DNA of 64,000 nt from Antedon mediterranea (taxonomy: Eukaryota > Animalia > Echinodermata), in contig NC_092674.1 of NCBI RefSeq assembly GCF_964355755.1, positions 16,678,001 to 16,742,000 of the forward strand, given 5' to 3'. The translations under genes and the position numbers were made by a program. Each line of letters opens with the position of its first letter. Position 1 is the first letter of the stretch. The notes beneath the pieces were generated by a model. That model did not search any database, was not told where the DNA came from, and saw only the letters and a list, made by a program, of their open reading frames with translations. This document shows, one piece after another, positions 33,600-47,713 of the stretch.

Positions 33600-36386
33600 G
33601 TAAGTAAGAGAATCATATTATTCACATTAAAAACCAGTTGGTAGACCAAAAACTACTGTACCTGGCGGAAGCATATACAAAGATTGTATCACCATAAGAG
33701 TCATGGAAATTATCAACAGATGATGATATTTAATATCTGCAATTTAGTAACATATGTATATGCGTCTGATAATCTGTTGTTGCAATTTTCCTGCAAATAG
33801 TTTTTCCATATACAAGGCATTTCTGGCTCTTTCAAATTTATACATATTTGTATTGGCTCAAAATCAATCAAGTCATATTTTTCCGCTTTTAAGTCCGCAT
33901 ACATAACATTAACCACTAACATAACTCAAATCAACCACTAATGTAACAGTAATCCCCGAACTGAGATATCCCTTTGCAAAAAAGCCGTATACGATCCGTA
34001 TACGCTGAAAACGTATACGGATCGTATACGATTTCACTGTTTACATTATTTCCACTCTGTTGCTCCCACAAAGAGTTGGCATCGTATACGTTTAGCATAC
34101 GTAACGTATACGTTGTTTATTCATGATAAGAATATCGTATACGGGACGTATACGAATAATATACGAACAAACTAGGCCATTTTATAAATTATAATAGCAG
34201 TAATGAGTAGAATAGAGCTAAATAAAACAACAAATACGTACGTAGGCTCTGGCCTAGGGTTAGGCCTAGCTAGCACCAGCCATTAGATAGGCCTAGTCTA
34301 GTAGTATTAATTATTAGTAAGTAGTAGGAGGAGCTAGGCCTAGTACATAAGATCATATTTATTTCTATATTTATTAGATAGCCTAGGCTACCGATAAAAT
34401 TCAAACAACGTTTTTCGCAAGTAAATAAAGTACTAACAGGTATACTACTAGGTAGACCTAGAAAAAACAAGGGGCCATTTTCACAAATCGACGATGTTGT
34501 TTGCAGTTTTCATTTATAAAATATGACAGAGGTCAGTAAGTGCAGCCGCCGACGACGACCGAGCGTCGCTCGGTTGCCTACAGTTCCAACTCGTGGTCGA
34601 CTCGGCTCCCGGGTGGCCAATCATGCATATCATCGAGTGAATCATCGGGTTCGTCGTTCTCAATTTGTCACGCCACGTGCGAGCTTTGGGTGGTCAAATT
34701 ACATCGTTAATCGTACAATGTTAAGCGATATTATTCCGCGACGTGTGTTGTAGCAATGGAGATGGAGTAACAATAATTCGGCAAATAATGCCGAAGAGGA
34801 AAACCATGACCCAAAACAGAAGTGGGGTCATTGTATAATAATAATAATTATTATTTAACGATGAATACATTCGGATTTTGAATATGAAGTCGATCACTTC
34901 CGCCGAGGAAAAAAAAAACACAATTAGTGGTGATAGTAAATACAATTATATCGAATCTCAATTTATTCCCGGTAGCGAACAGATTGAATTGCTTTCATTT
35001 ATCTCAGCGGTATTTCTGCTTGGTGATTAAGAAATCATAAAACATATCTTTCTTTATTTTCATGGTATTCCAATATGTTTAAAAAATAACTACCCTCAAC
35101 TTTAAATAACAAATTAAATAAGTCTACTAAACATTGTTGATTTCCCATGGACCCAACAATACCCCAACTATTTCATTAATAATTGTTTCTTTGTAACAGT
35201 TTATTTGAAATCCTTGTCCTTTGTTAATTCAATTGCGTGACAATTAAATTAGATTGTACATGCTTATGCTGTATATTATGTAAAAAGATGATTCATGGTA
35301 ATATGAGATTCTTAAAAAAAAAACACTTTGAATTCTCAAAATGTGTTCTATATCTTTATTTGGAGTTAGACTCGTACTACATTCATTAAAAGGATAAACA
35401 AATAGCCGGCAGGCGTGTGTACAGAGGGGGCACAAAAAACCTATTACCTGTACCTACTAATATTGTACACAGTTTTATTACATCCTTTTTTAAAGTAACA
35501 CTAACAGTGCATATTCAATATTATAGTAAAACGTCAATACCTGGTTACGAGGCGGTATCAACTAGGCTCATAGTTGTTTACAACTCCACGCCAATGATAT
35601 GAATAAAGCCTATCTTATTAAATAGTATCGCGCCCGCGCATATACAAAAAAAAGTTACAAAGGTTCACATATTTATATTAACGATTTTTTTTTTTAATTT
35701 ACGAATTAAATAATAAAAATAATTAAATACCGCTCGGCTTATCAATGATGGAGGCATAAAAATAGGGGCGTAGGGTACCATTTTACCAGGGAGATGTAAA
35801 ATAATTATTTAACAAACATTTAACTGGTTGGTTTTACGGTGTTCGCGTAAAATTTATCATTTGGATTTTTAAAGTTATATGTAGGTTATGTTAAATTGTA
35901 TTTATCAGTGACAACTCTAGGAAATTTACAGCAATTAGTTCTGTATGCCTAAAATAGTAACTAAAATGCTCTAAATAAAAACGTCGGAGCTTCTTTTTTG
36001 TATTTCTGGCTGTTGAGTGTTTTGTTGACACCCCCTAACTCTGATGATATCCATAATGCATCGTATTTCCATTTCACCGTTGTTGATATACTACTAGCTA
36101 GAGTAGGTTATTAAAATAATACAATATTACCAAATCTAATATATGGGGGAAAGCTAGCTAGCTTATTTTCACAATGAGTGTACCACAGACTCTTTTCCTT
36201 GGCGTATTTTCCCCAGGCCTAGTTACTCTTAGTTTACTGAACTGCTAGAGCTGCTGCAGTAGCTATATACTGCATATTCGATATATACAATTACAATATG
36301 CCTATAGCCTAGCTAGCTAGAAGTCATCGAATTTACTATCTACCTAGTAGTGTAGGCTGGTATGTCGTTTATATGAATGTCGTGTA

Positions 36387-39300
36387 TATTTTTTGTTAAA
36401 AGCAAACTTTGACTTTATTTCATATCTTGATAATATAAGGAATGAAAAAAAATATGTTGCCATTTTTTTCAAAAGACATTTAAAGGACCAAATTCAAGAT
36501 GGCCGCCAACATTCAAATAACCCTATTAAAAATCAGAATATCACCTATAATACAAATTATGAATGTGGAACAAGTCCATTTTGATGGTATTACTGTACCC
36601 ATTATACAATCCTAACTATGTAAAGCGATAATCTGTCGGCCATCTTGGATTTCAAAATGGCCGCCACTAAAAATTAAATTCTTTAAATAATTTTTTTTAA
36701 ATATGTGTGCATAAATTGTTGTTTGTACACAATGTTCTAAAATTGTCACTTCTCACAGGATTGTAAATTGTAAATATAAGGCTGTCTAAAGTTGTCAATG
36801 TCCTCTATATAACAGATATATAATACCCCACTATGACTATTAAATAAAATAATTGTTCAAAGTTGGAGTTGCAAAAGTATGGAACAACTTAACAATTTAT
36901 ATCAAATATTCAACAACAATTACGTCTAACTAGAGGGTTAGACCTCTAGTTCGCTCGCTCCCCTCTAGGAAGTGTAAACGAAGGTTCTCGGAATGATAAT
37001 GACTCGGGTAAAAAGGATTTAGAAGGACGTTCTCCTTGTACGTTTTCTGTCGGTTACTATTATTGAAAATGCTTGACATTCGAAAAACTAAACCTACTCT
37101 GCTTCACAGTGTCTTAGATGATTAATAACATTTTAAAGTATAGTGTTTATTGTTTTATAGGGCGGAGGTGGGGAGGCAGAGTTCATTTGAGGGAGATGCT
37201 TATTCGAGGGATTTTTTAGTTTTAATAATATCGTAACATTTATAATCAAATAAAATCCTCTAATAGATATTAAAAGTGGTAAAAAATTATAATAAATGCT
37301 TGGTAAATTATAGTTAACGGTGTAATGAATTATATTATAAATAGTATATACAATATTGTGTTTATAAATGTGGATGGGCGTTTTATTATCTATTAGATAG
37401 TTGGGTAGGAGGGGTGATGTTTTATTGGGGAGGCGTTTATTCAAATTAATACCATCATAATACATTATTTAATTTAAACATCTTTTGAAACTAACTTCCG
37501 CGACAGTGTAGGCCGTTTCGGCCCAAGAAGGAAGATGTTTTAGACGGCTTGCAATATGGGCCCTAATGGGACACAGATTGCCTACAGTTATTCCTGCCAG
37601 CTTTTCTCAATAAAACTCGGCTATCGGGATTTAATTTATTTTATTACTGTACCTTCACACGTGCGGTCCGATCCGAAAATAAACAAAAAACTAAAATAGC
37701 TATAGCCACTAACGACCAACTTAACTGAAACCAGGTAGTTGTTGCAAGGTGAACCTGTGAACTCATCGTGAATCCGGAAATTACTTTGACCGCGTACAAT
37801 TGAAATTGAGTTGAAAATCTACCAATGAATCAGATATTTTGTTTTAAAACTAGATAGAATAGATAGAAATATGGAACAATATCGTAATAGTGAAAACTGT
37901 TTTACATTTTGCGGTACACCTAAGATAGTTCAGGTAGGTATCCAAGGCAGAAATTTGTTCCAAAGTTTTTCCATTGTGCTCGCCTATGTCAGAATTAACC
38001 ATAATTTATATATATATAGATTCTAAATTACAGATCTCATTTCTTTTCATGAAACTGAAACTTGACAGGAGACAGGACCACAATATAAAACAAGTGCATT
38101 TATACCTTATTGTGAAATCCTGTATAAATATGTTAAATAATAAATGCGTTATTGCTATGTAATTCAATGTCTGAACCTTCAGGGTCATAGTCACCAGTAT
38201 GGTTGGTAAGTTTTCAACCTGTCAACTTTTGGTAAAAGCTTGAAAGAAATACAGATACAGCTCTGCCTATAAATAACCTTGTAAATGAATGAACTCCTAC
38301 TTCTCATCTTCTACAATCTCAACCAATTTCATTAGATATGTAGCATTATACACTCGTTTGATGAGTGCACATGGTTGTGGTATAAAAACTCATGTACTAG
38401 GGAAAGACAAGAATGCCTGGTGATGACTCTTGCCCGAGATGAGTGGAGGTGGACAGAGATGACATCAAAAAGCAATTATTATGTCGACCCGGTGAACTAT
38501 ATGGCTTTTGGACATGTATCATTGTGAAAATAGTGTTGAGGCAAGTGCTTTTGTTGAAACTGAACTTGTATTACCTATGCCACAAATATCTTAAATGGAA
38601 AACATCTCTAAAGGACAGAAGCACACTAATTCTGCTTTCTCTCTACAACTTGCTTCTACAAATGCAGACAGAGAAAGAGATTCTAAGTTAAGTATCATTT
38701 TGTTTGAAAGAGGCTGATCATAAAGACATTAACTTGAACACTGAGAGTCGACGAAATCTAAATGATGTGGTTAAACTATATTCCTATATATGTATATGAG
38801 AGGACATGTATGTGTGGGACTTGCTGGATTTACATCAATTGATCAGGGTCATTGAGCGTGCTATAATTGGAATAACACAAATTAATGATTTCATCAGAGC
38901 TGGCAAATCTAGTTAACATTTAAAGAGAGATGATATCCCGATTAATGAAGAATGCTGCAATTCGCACAAAGGTGTTTGTTGGCCATGGCATGATGAAATT
39001 GGACAGAAAATGTTTGAGGCATTGGTAAAAGGCAAACTGTCTATATGGTATCCTAAGAAAAAGACGAATATTGGAAAAAAATAAATATGACGGTGAATAC
39101 AGGTCACAAACTTATCAAAGTAAAAGAGGACTCCTATAGAGATTATTTGCCGGTGAAATGAGGTATTTCAGTTATTTTGCCAATTTGTTTCTGAACAAGG
39201 TTGTTGGGAACGCAGATCAGTCTGTGGAAGTTTGATGGATACAGTTGTAGAGAATGAAGGAAGGTCAACTTACTGTATCGTATTCAAGATTAGAAATATT

Positions 39301-39920
39301 TCATTGAAGGACTTTGGCAGAGTTAGTTGTCATTTAACTGAAGAAGTTTATAAGATGTTTTAATATGAAGAAGTGTACTGTCAGTACTGTAGACCTCCTG
39401 ATGGTCAACATTTTGTGTTAATCACCATGTTGTTGTCATAAGCATATCATTTTGTGTATTTCAATCTAATTTTATTTAACTTATACACGTTTTAATAAGA
39501 AATTTAACCCATTTTTAAAAAATGGCGGCCATTTTGTGTTAGGCCTATGACAACAACATTGGTGATTAATCATTTTATGTGATTTCAATCCACGTCATAA
39601 CTTGCACATGTTTTAATAAGAAATTTAATCCATTTTTAAAAAATGGCGGCCATTTTGAAATTCAAAATGTCAGAATACTAATGAATATAGGTTTATAATA
39701 ATTCTTATATAGCAGAGAACCCATATGAACTTAAAATATTATTCATAATGGGTGTTACTTTGTCCAATATGGTACATTTATTGGATATTTTACGTATTGG
39801 CGGCCATCTTGGATTTGACACCCTTAAGCTTTTTTTAAAAAAATGGCAACATATTTTTTTCATTACTTTACATCCTAAAGACACTAAATCAGCTGGAATT
39901 TTGCTTTTAACAAAAAAATA
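36387..39920. mobile_element. Old nested TIR element with long imperfect inverted ends
   Basis: 36387-36680 is inversely homologous to 39640-39920; repeated AAGATGGCCGCC/AAAATGGCCGCC motifs. Confidence 0.6.
37646..38021 (-). mobile_element. Family A repeat copy
   Basis: Homologous to 475-838. Confidence 0.65.
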
Positions 39921-41888
39921 GTGGCCTACACTATAGGCCTACTGTAACTATAGGCCTACATCCCATTTTTTTTTTTTATGGCGAGTTAAAACCTGTAGCC
40001 AAAAAATCAACAATGATTGAAATGAAATCTGATCCATCCATGTGATGCATGCATGCAGCGCACATAACACAGGCACGTTTTGGGCGAATTTATTTGGATC
40101 ATTCCATATAGTAGGGAGCCACATGTATTCTACATTTTTATTAAATCGTAATTTATGGATTTTACTTACTCGTTTTAAATTTAATATACTGCGGGCCCAA
40201 TTTAATATTTATTTATTTCCAAGTACATTAATATTATTTGAAGCACTTTCAAATTAATAACAGCAAATTTTTTTTGTGATTCACTTATTAATGGAACATA
40301 CAAAAGGTAAAGAAATAGCAGAGGAGATAAACAAGGCAGAACAGCCTGGGTGGGTTTTTATGCTTGCTAGAAAAACAACGTCTAGTAAAATACAGCACCA
40401 ATTTTTTTCATTCGCGAAAACTATGAACTAAATCATCATAGAGAATTTAATGTACATATACCGACTGAAAAAAAAAAATTGTACACTAATTATTGAAGTC
40501 AAGATGCTCCTGCGATCGTAAACGTATGCTATCGTCGTCTTGTAAAAAGAGGGACAGTCCCTTTTCGCTTGGTGATACGATGCAGTTTGTATACACGCGT
40601 CGTCGTATACGGATCATATACGGATCGTATATGGAGCGTATAATTAGGAAGTTGTTTATAAATGATCGTATACGGTTCGTATATGTTTATTATGCGGGCA
40701 GGAACTTCCGAATTGACGTATACGTTTCGTATACGAAGTGGACTTCCTATACGAAACATATACGAAACGTATGTAAATCGTATACGTTCGTATACGGTTT
40801 TTTTGCAAAGGGATAGCCTGGAATAGGCAAAATCATGTTGACAAATATTTTATCGATTAAATCTAACCATTATGTATTCTAGAATCATACTGTGTTGGTT
40901 TTTTTTTAAATTTTTCAACCTAAAACAAGTAAAGGCTATGTTTTTGTAAGATGTCAAATTTTTCGCCTGTAGAATTGTCTTTTCAAAAGGTTCGTATGCT
41001 ACCATTTTCTAAGAGAAATCTGGCTTGTTTGCTACGAATATAATGCTAATTTAAAGAGGTGATTTTTCATTGAACAATGATTTCAGTTGTTCTTCATCCT
41101 AACCAATGATAACTACTTTTTTAGTGATATAAACAAAAATATTTTCCTTAACGATGAACGCTGTATTCGATGCTGTGATTGGCCAATTGTGCTCATATGG
41201 CTTTAAAGCTCATGACTGCGCATGCTCACAATGTTGTAGCTGTCAAATATCCACACACACATGTGCAGTGGTTCAGAGGAGGAAGCAGGACACAACACGA
41301 GAGCAGTGTATACTTTACTTGGTAAAAAATTAAAATTAATAATGCCATGTAAAGATCAAGACAAAACTGAAGTATTATCGTGAGCAAATTGTCGGAATTT
41401 TATTAACATCTGATAACTAGCAATATAACAATAATAAAACTGTGTCCTCTTGTCCGTTGCAAGGGTGTTCATTCCGCGAAGGCCACAGTGGTAAACTTTG
41501 AACGCACATTTCTCCGAAACATAATCCAGAGAGTTCCAACACATACGTGTTTTAAATTTCACATAACTTTGTAATTAAAAGTCGGATTGCAATAATTGTT
41601 TTACCATAATAAAACAGATAATAACCTGCATAATAATGATATTATCTCAAAATTAAATATTTACGACATGTGACTGATCTGGCTTGTCCCTGCCACAAAT
41701 AGGCATCAATTTTACAATATTTTGTAACTATTAAACATGTGCAAATCTTCTAATTCAGAGTCCTCGTATGACGTGATTTCAAATTGAAATAGTCCCACAT
41801 TTTATGCAATAAATAGGAAAGGCTTTAAAAGTATATAATGAAAAAATCAATTTTGTTATGCTCTTTGTAAAAACAGAAAGAAGAATAA

Positions 41889-44800
41889 CTAAATTTGAAC
41901 TCGTCACTTTGCCGCGGAAATACAACAACATGCACATAATTATGTTATAATATATGAACGTCGACAATTATTATGCCATCCTATGACATGAATTAAATAT
42001 GTTTACACTGCTGAATTGTACCTATTTTGTATCATACAGTATTTACAGAATACACTGTATATAACATATACTGTATATGTTATATACAGTGTCCCATCTT
42101 TAATCAAATTTTTAACATGATGGCGTCATAAAAGTGACATATAAAGATAAATATTTAAGAAGATAATTAGATTAAAAAAATTTGAAGAATTTTGGGCACT
42201 TAAATGTGAGATGCACTCTCTTTTAAATGCGACAAACATTTACGAAAGAGATAAAAATCTGACTTTTTGAATTCTGGCCATATTATGATGACGTCATGAC
42301 ATCAGATAGACAAAATTTGTATATGAATTCATATCTACAATTCAACAGCTTCCATAATAAATTTTAATTGTGCGGGTCACTTTTCATTCCGAGGAGCTAT
42401 GACAGATTGAAATATACCGTATAGATAAAAATTAATCATACATTAGAATATTGCGTGCAGAAAAAGATTACCGTATGCCATTATTATCTGAAGAAAATAA
42501 AATTTTGTTACTAGTGTGTCTGTTTTGTGTCGCATAGGTGAAAATACTGGACCCGCCTTTTATTTCAATTTTTAACATGATGACGTCTTGACTTACTTGA
42601 CTTAATTGCGTAATCCTCTTCGTATCCTTGCACACGTCATGTTGTTTTTACCGCGCCAGAAGTCTCTTTGTAGCGCGTTCTGTCCTGCTGTTAGTAGAGG
42701 TAGACTGGTATTATGTTTTAAGTAGTTGATCCTTCCATCTGTTTGGCGGACACCCTCTTGGTCTTTTGTTTTTAAGGTCTGTTTGTAACTTATGTTTAAC
42801 ATGTGTTTGGAGTGCGCCTAATCACATGTACGAACCAGCATATTCGTTCCTTTTGAATTATTTCAGAGATTGTTTCTTTTATTCCTAATCTGTCCCTTAT
42901 GTCTTCATTTCTTAGTCTGTCCCAACGCGTAACACCAAGTATTGCTCTTAAGCATCTTATTTCAAATGTATTTAGCTTTCTGTTGTCATCGGTTTTTAGA
43001 GTCCATGTTTATGATGCATATGTCGCAATGGAGATGTTTAATGCATGTATAATCTAATTTTTAATTTTTTTCAATATTTCTTTTGCTCCATATCGGGACT
43101 GTTAGTCTTCCAAATGCACTTGCTGCTAGGGAGATTCGACGACAGACAAGAAAACGAACACTTGCTGTCTATGTGATGTTAGAATCTTGTGAAGTCATAA
43201 CTTTGCATTTGTCTACATTGATCTTCATACCCCACTTGCTACACGCTATCTCAAGCTCTTCGGTCGACAGTTGTAATTTCGCAAAGATGCATGAAATTAG
43301 GGTGGTGCTGCATATCTTACATCTAGTGAGATGTTGCTGTTCAGATCAAATGAACGTTGAATACTATTTAGATCTTTCATAACAAATTCCAGAAAAATGT
43401 TAAAAAGTGTTGGTGATAGGAGACATCCTTGACGAACTCCCACTAGCACATCAAACCAGTTGGTAATCTCACCATCTATCTCACCACTGCACACTTGGTG
43501 TCACCATAAAGATTTCTGACGAGGTTGATGATCTTTGGATTGATACTGATGGTGCTGAGCATTTTCCAAAGGACTTATCTCCATATTGTATCAAATGTAC
43601 AGGTACCTGGTGTTCTTTGCCCTTCCATTATCTGTCATATTACGAAAATTGGCATCCATTGTTCCTCTTCCTTCTCTAAATCCAAATTGGCTTTCTTCTA
43701 CCGTTGCTTCAACTTTTTCTTTTATCCTATTTATAATTATTCTACAGAATACTTTACTGGGTTTTGAAAGTAAGGAAATTGCTCTATAATTTGATGGGTC
43801 TAGCTTGTCTCCTTTCTTGTGTATGAGTGTAATTAACATCGTTTGCCAATCTGTTGGTAGTGTCTCTTCTTCCCAGATGCAATCAGATATTCTCTTTAGT
43901 ATTTTTTTTAGCATGATGACGTCATCAATTTTAAACACAAAGATAGCAATTTCGAAAGAAAATTGTCTGAGCAACAACATTTTAGCATGTTAAAAAGATT
44001 TGAATATGTAGCATATAGATGCACTCTCTTTTAAATGTGATGTACTATGACGCAAAAGATTAACATTGGACCTTTTTAGTTCAATTGGCCATATGATGAC
44101 GTCACAACATCCGATCCGAAAAATTGTTACATGAATCGACATCGCTTCGATAATACATTTTAACCACGAGGGTCAGTTTTCATTCTGACGAGCTATAACA
44201 TATTGAAATTTACTGTAAAGATAAAAATAAGTGATCCAGGTTATTCAAATTTTTTGACATGATGTCATTAAAATTAAAGTATTTGCAAAAGATATTTGAT
44301 TGACCTAGACAATATTAAAATCTGGAGGGAAACGGAGTATGGGTTAGTGAGATGTGATGAGCTGTGACAAAAGATACAAAAATCCTATAAGGCGGCCATG
44401 ATGACGTCACCACATCTGAGAGATCTTTCTTTTTTAATTTGAAATGATGTCAATCTTTTTTAAAATGACTAGGAAAGGCTGGAAAATCATAATTCAAGAG
44501 AAAAAAACATGATTTTTTTACTCCGTGCGCACTATATGCGTAAAATTGTTGGCACAGGTATTTTTGAAATGCGCAAATGTCATGAATCGCGTAGGAAGTT
44601 GAAATTAATTTTGCGCATTTTATTTAATTTTTATTTATTTCATAGCATCCTATTTTTATAATGTCAAAATTTGCTCTATATTATATTATGAAAAATGAAT
44701 TTTTTTTCCAGAATTTATGATCAATTACCATAACATTTCATAAAATCGGATAAGTGCGGATAACCAACTAGATTTGAATTCGTCACTTTGACGAGTTCGG

Positions 44801-44935
44801 GTTATCCGCGGAAATGCAACAGGCACATCTTAAAATATATGAACGTCAACAATTATTATGCCATCCTATGACATGAATTAAATATGTTTACAGTGCTGAA
44901 TTGTACCTATTTTGTATCATACAGCATATTACAGT
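41889..44935 (-). mobile_element. HINE family 1a copies in head-to-tail arrangement, interrupted by a LINE
   Basis: Reverse-complement homology to 26207-27763; 3' ends at about 41889 and 44768; 5' subterminal IR at 44755-44767. Confidence 0.75.
42590..43905 (-). mobile_element. Decayed RTE-like LINE RT fragment
   Basis: LPTDW...IHKKGDKLDPSNYRAISLL...QFGFREGRG and GVRQGCLLSPTLFNIFLE. Confidence 0.85.
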
Positions 44936-44936
44936 A

Positions 44937-47491
44937 TCTATATATAAATTTACGTAAGGGCAAAATTCGGTAAATCGCGCGTTATTTCTAGAATGTTTAC
45001 TCGATGGTATATAAAGTTGGTTCGTACTTTCGGTACTGATTTTAACCACCTGATGTAACCCTGTTTACTAATTAAATTGAGTTCGATAATTAGTTATTGA
45101 CAATTAAAACAAATTTAGGTTCAACGATTTGCCCCAAATAGGGGTGTTTTTCGATGTGGTATACACTGTCTAATGGATGTCCGTCTTGAAAACTACCCAC
45201 AGACAATAATACGAGGATGCTTCGCATTTTCCTATCTCCTCCTACGATAATTGTTTTTAATGGCTGAAAACCGGTTGAACAGCTCGAGTACAGCATCATA
45301 GTAGAGGATAGGCCTACGGTGGTACGAAGGATCAACAACAACTTCGGGTGGGTAGGGTAGGAACCTACTTAAGTATGAATTGGCTCTAGAAACAATTGAA
45401 AACCATTAGGCCTACTAATTAAGTTGAGTTAGATAATTTAATATATATTAACGATTTAATCGAATTTATGATTTGCCCCGAATAGAGAGATGGTTTTCAC
45501 AAATTGTTTAACATTATATAAACATATATACGTAGTAGTGTATCGTTACATGTAGGCCTACTGTACTATTTCAATCGACTAGGACGGTGATAGTTTCAAT
45601 TACATCGCAATGTTTTACTGTGTTTAGTGGTATATTATTTGTAAAACATGAAAACAATTAATATTTCGTTACTAAATGGATAAAGAATATATTTAAAAAT
45701 TGTTCCTCTTTGCACCCATCCTCTTCCCCATCCCCCAACCATAATGTTACATACAAAACACAAATTAAGTTTGTTTAAATTTGACTTAAACAATTGGGTC
45801 GTGTTCGTACGGTGGTTAAAATAAGCGCTTAATTTCACCCATGCCTCGGGTTATAAATTGAGCGTTGTTCGTACTTGAAATAGTTAACCGCTTAAATGCT
45901 TAATCGACGAATCACAAACCGGAAATTACGTTTTAAGGTCAGTTGTCTTTACAACCTACGACCCCATTTTTGCACGCTAGTTTCGTGTTGTATATTTTTT
46001 ACTCGCGATTTTTCTTTACAATAACAATTACTTGCTACCTTTTACACTGCTTATCCTTGCGACAAACCTTATGCCTCTTAACGCTGATAATCCTACCGAA
46101 ATATGCCTTCTCCTGACGACCATTATTTTACTCATTGACGAAGAATTTGAGCCCAATGTTACACGACGGAAACACCACCGACCAGCTAGGCCTACTAAGC
46201 GGGGTGTATTCCTAAGCGGTTTACACCACCAACAAGGACAGCACCAGCTGACGATCGCTCTCGAAGCGTGTATGGAAGAGCTTCGTAGGTGAAATGACGG
46301 GCCTAGGCAGCGAACGTTTGTCAAAATTTGACACATTGCCTCTATCGGAGATTTATTATCCTCGAAGGCCGAGTATAATTGGATTATCGCTGAAATAACC
46401 TGCAAATTTGGTGAACATTTTGCCTCGAATTTTTTGTAGCCTGAGGTTATTGACGATTAAAACGAATTTAGGTTCAACGATTTGCCCCAAATAGGGGTGT
46501 TTTTCGATCGTGGTATACACTGTCTAATGGATGTCCGTCTTGAAAAATACCCGCAGACGATAATACGAGGATGCTTCGCATTTTCCTATCTCCTCCTACG
46601 ATAATTGTTTTTAATGGCTGAAAACCGGTTGAACAGCTCGAGTACAGCATCATAATGTTGAAGACAGGCCGATTTTCTTTAAAAAATACTATTTTGATAG
46701 ATTTATTATACGTTTATACAAATGTATTGATTTGCGATGAATGGAATATTCCAATCTCTGTTCCACAAGTGTCTATTCCCTCAGGCGTCGTAAAGACAAG
46801 TACGGTACTGTATACTCATAACAGAAATTCGATCCATTTTTTTTTCAATCTGTGCTGCAGAGGTTGAATATAGATTTTTTTTAAACGGATAATGAGCTAG
46901 CGTTTTCAGTCGCCGTATATATTATGTACAAATCTTTATTATTGCAGTTAAACCACCCACATCATCACCCTTTCCTCACTGGCATGAGTAGCGTTGTAAA
47001 GCCAGTAGAGGATAGACCTACGGTGCATCACATGCCCTAAACGCAGAACAACTTTGGTGGGTAGGGTAGGAACCAACTTAAGTATGAATTGGCTCTAAGA
47101 AACAATTGAAAACCATTAGGCCTACTAATTAAGTTGAGTTAGATAATTTAATATTTATTGACGATTAAATTGAATTTATGATTTGCCCCGAATAGAGCTG
47201 GTTTTCACAAATTGTTTTACATAAATATAAACATATACACGTCGTAGTGATGTATCGTTACATGTACTGTACTATTTCAATCGACTAGGACGGTGATAGT
47301 TTCAACAAAGTATTACATCGCAATGTTTTACTGTGTTTAGTGGTATATTATTTGTAAAACATGAAAACAATTAATATTTCATTACTAAATGGATAAAGAA
47401 TATATTTAAAAATCCTCTTCCCCATCCCTCAACCCTAATGTTACATACAAAACACAAATTAAGTTTGTTTAAATTTGACTTAAACAATTGG
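44937..47491. repeat. Repeat starting A|TCTATATATAAATTTACGTAAGGGC with an internal direct duplication
   Basis: 45093-45797 is duplicated at 46447-47491, the second copy having an extra ~350 bp; the same start occurs at 24817 and, reversed, at 58113-58138. Confidence 0.7.
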
Positions 47492-47659
47492 TCTCATTTT
47501 GTGACAAGTTTCTCTTTCGGAAGTAATTCCCAGGGTGCTAATTTTAGTGCTGAAAATTTTATTTTGTAGTTTGTTATAGTACTGTAGTACATTTAACCCC
47601 TTTCAGAATACATATGTTTGTAGTGTTTTTTTTTTACCAAATGATAATTTTTATTTCAG

Positions 47660-47713
47660 CTACTACAACCTCGAGCAGTGGAGAAAATTCGCCAGTAGAA
47701 AGCTCTGATTTAG
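47660..47713 (+). CDS. RUBCN: Rubicon 54-nt exon (TTTTSSSGENSPVESSDL)
   Basis: TTTCAG acceptor, AG|GTATGA donor, open frame, phase 1-1; supported by splice signals and phase only. Confidence 0.7.

Larger units (their letters stand above)
33970..40812. mobile_element. 6.8-kb EnSpm/CACTA(CMC)-like non-autonomous element
   Basis: TIRs CCCTTTGCAAAAAAGCCGTATACGA and TCGTATACGGTTTTTTTGCAAAGGG; 2-bp AT TSD; many CGTATACG subterminal repeats at both ends. Confidence 0.8.

Noticed and set aside
46028-46405. 125-aa and 86-aa overlapping ORFs
   Set aside because: GC-richer repeat interior with no recognisable domain or exon support.
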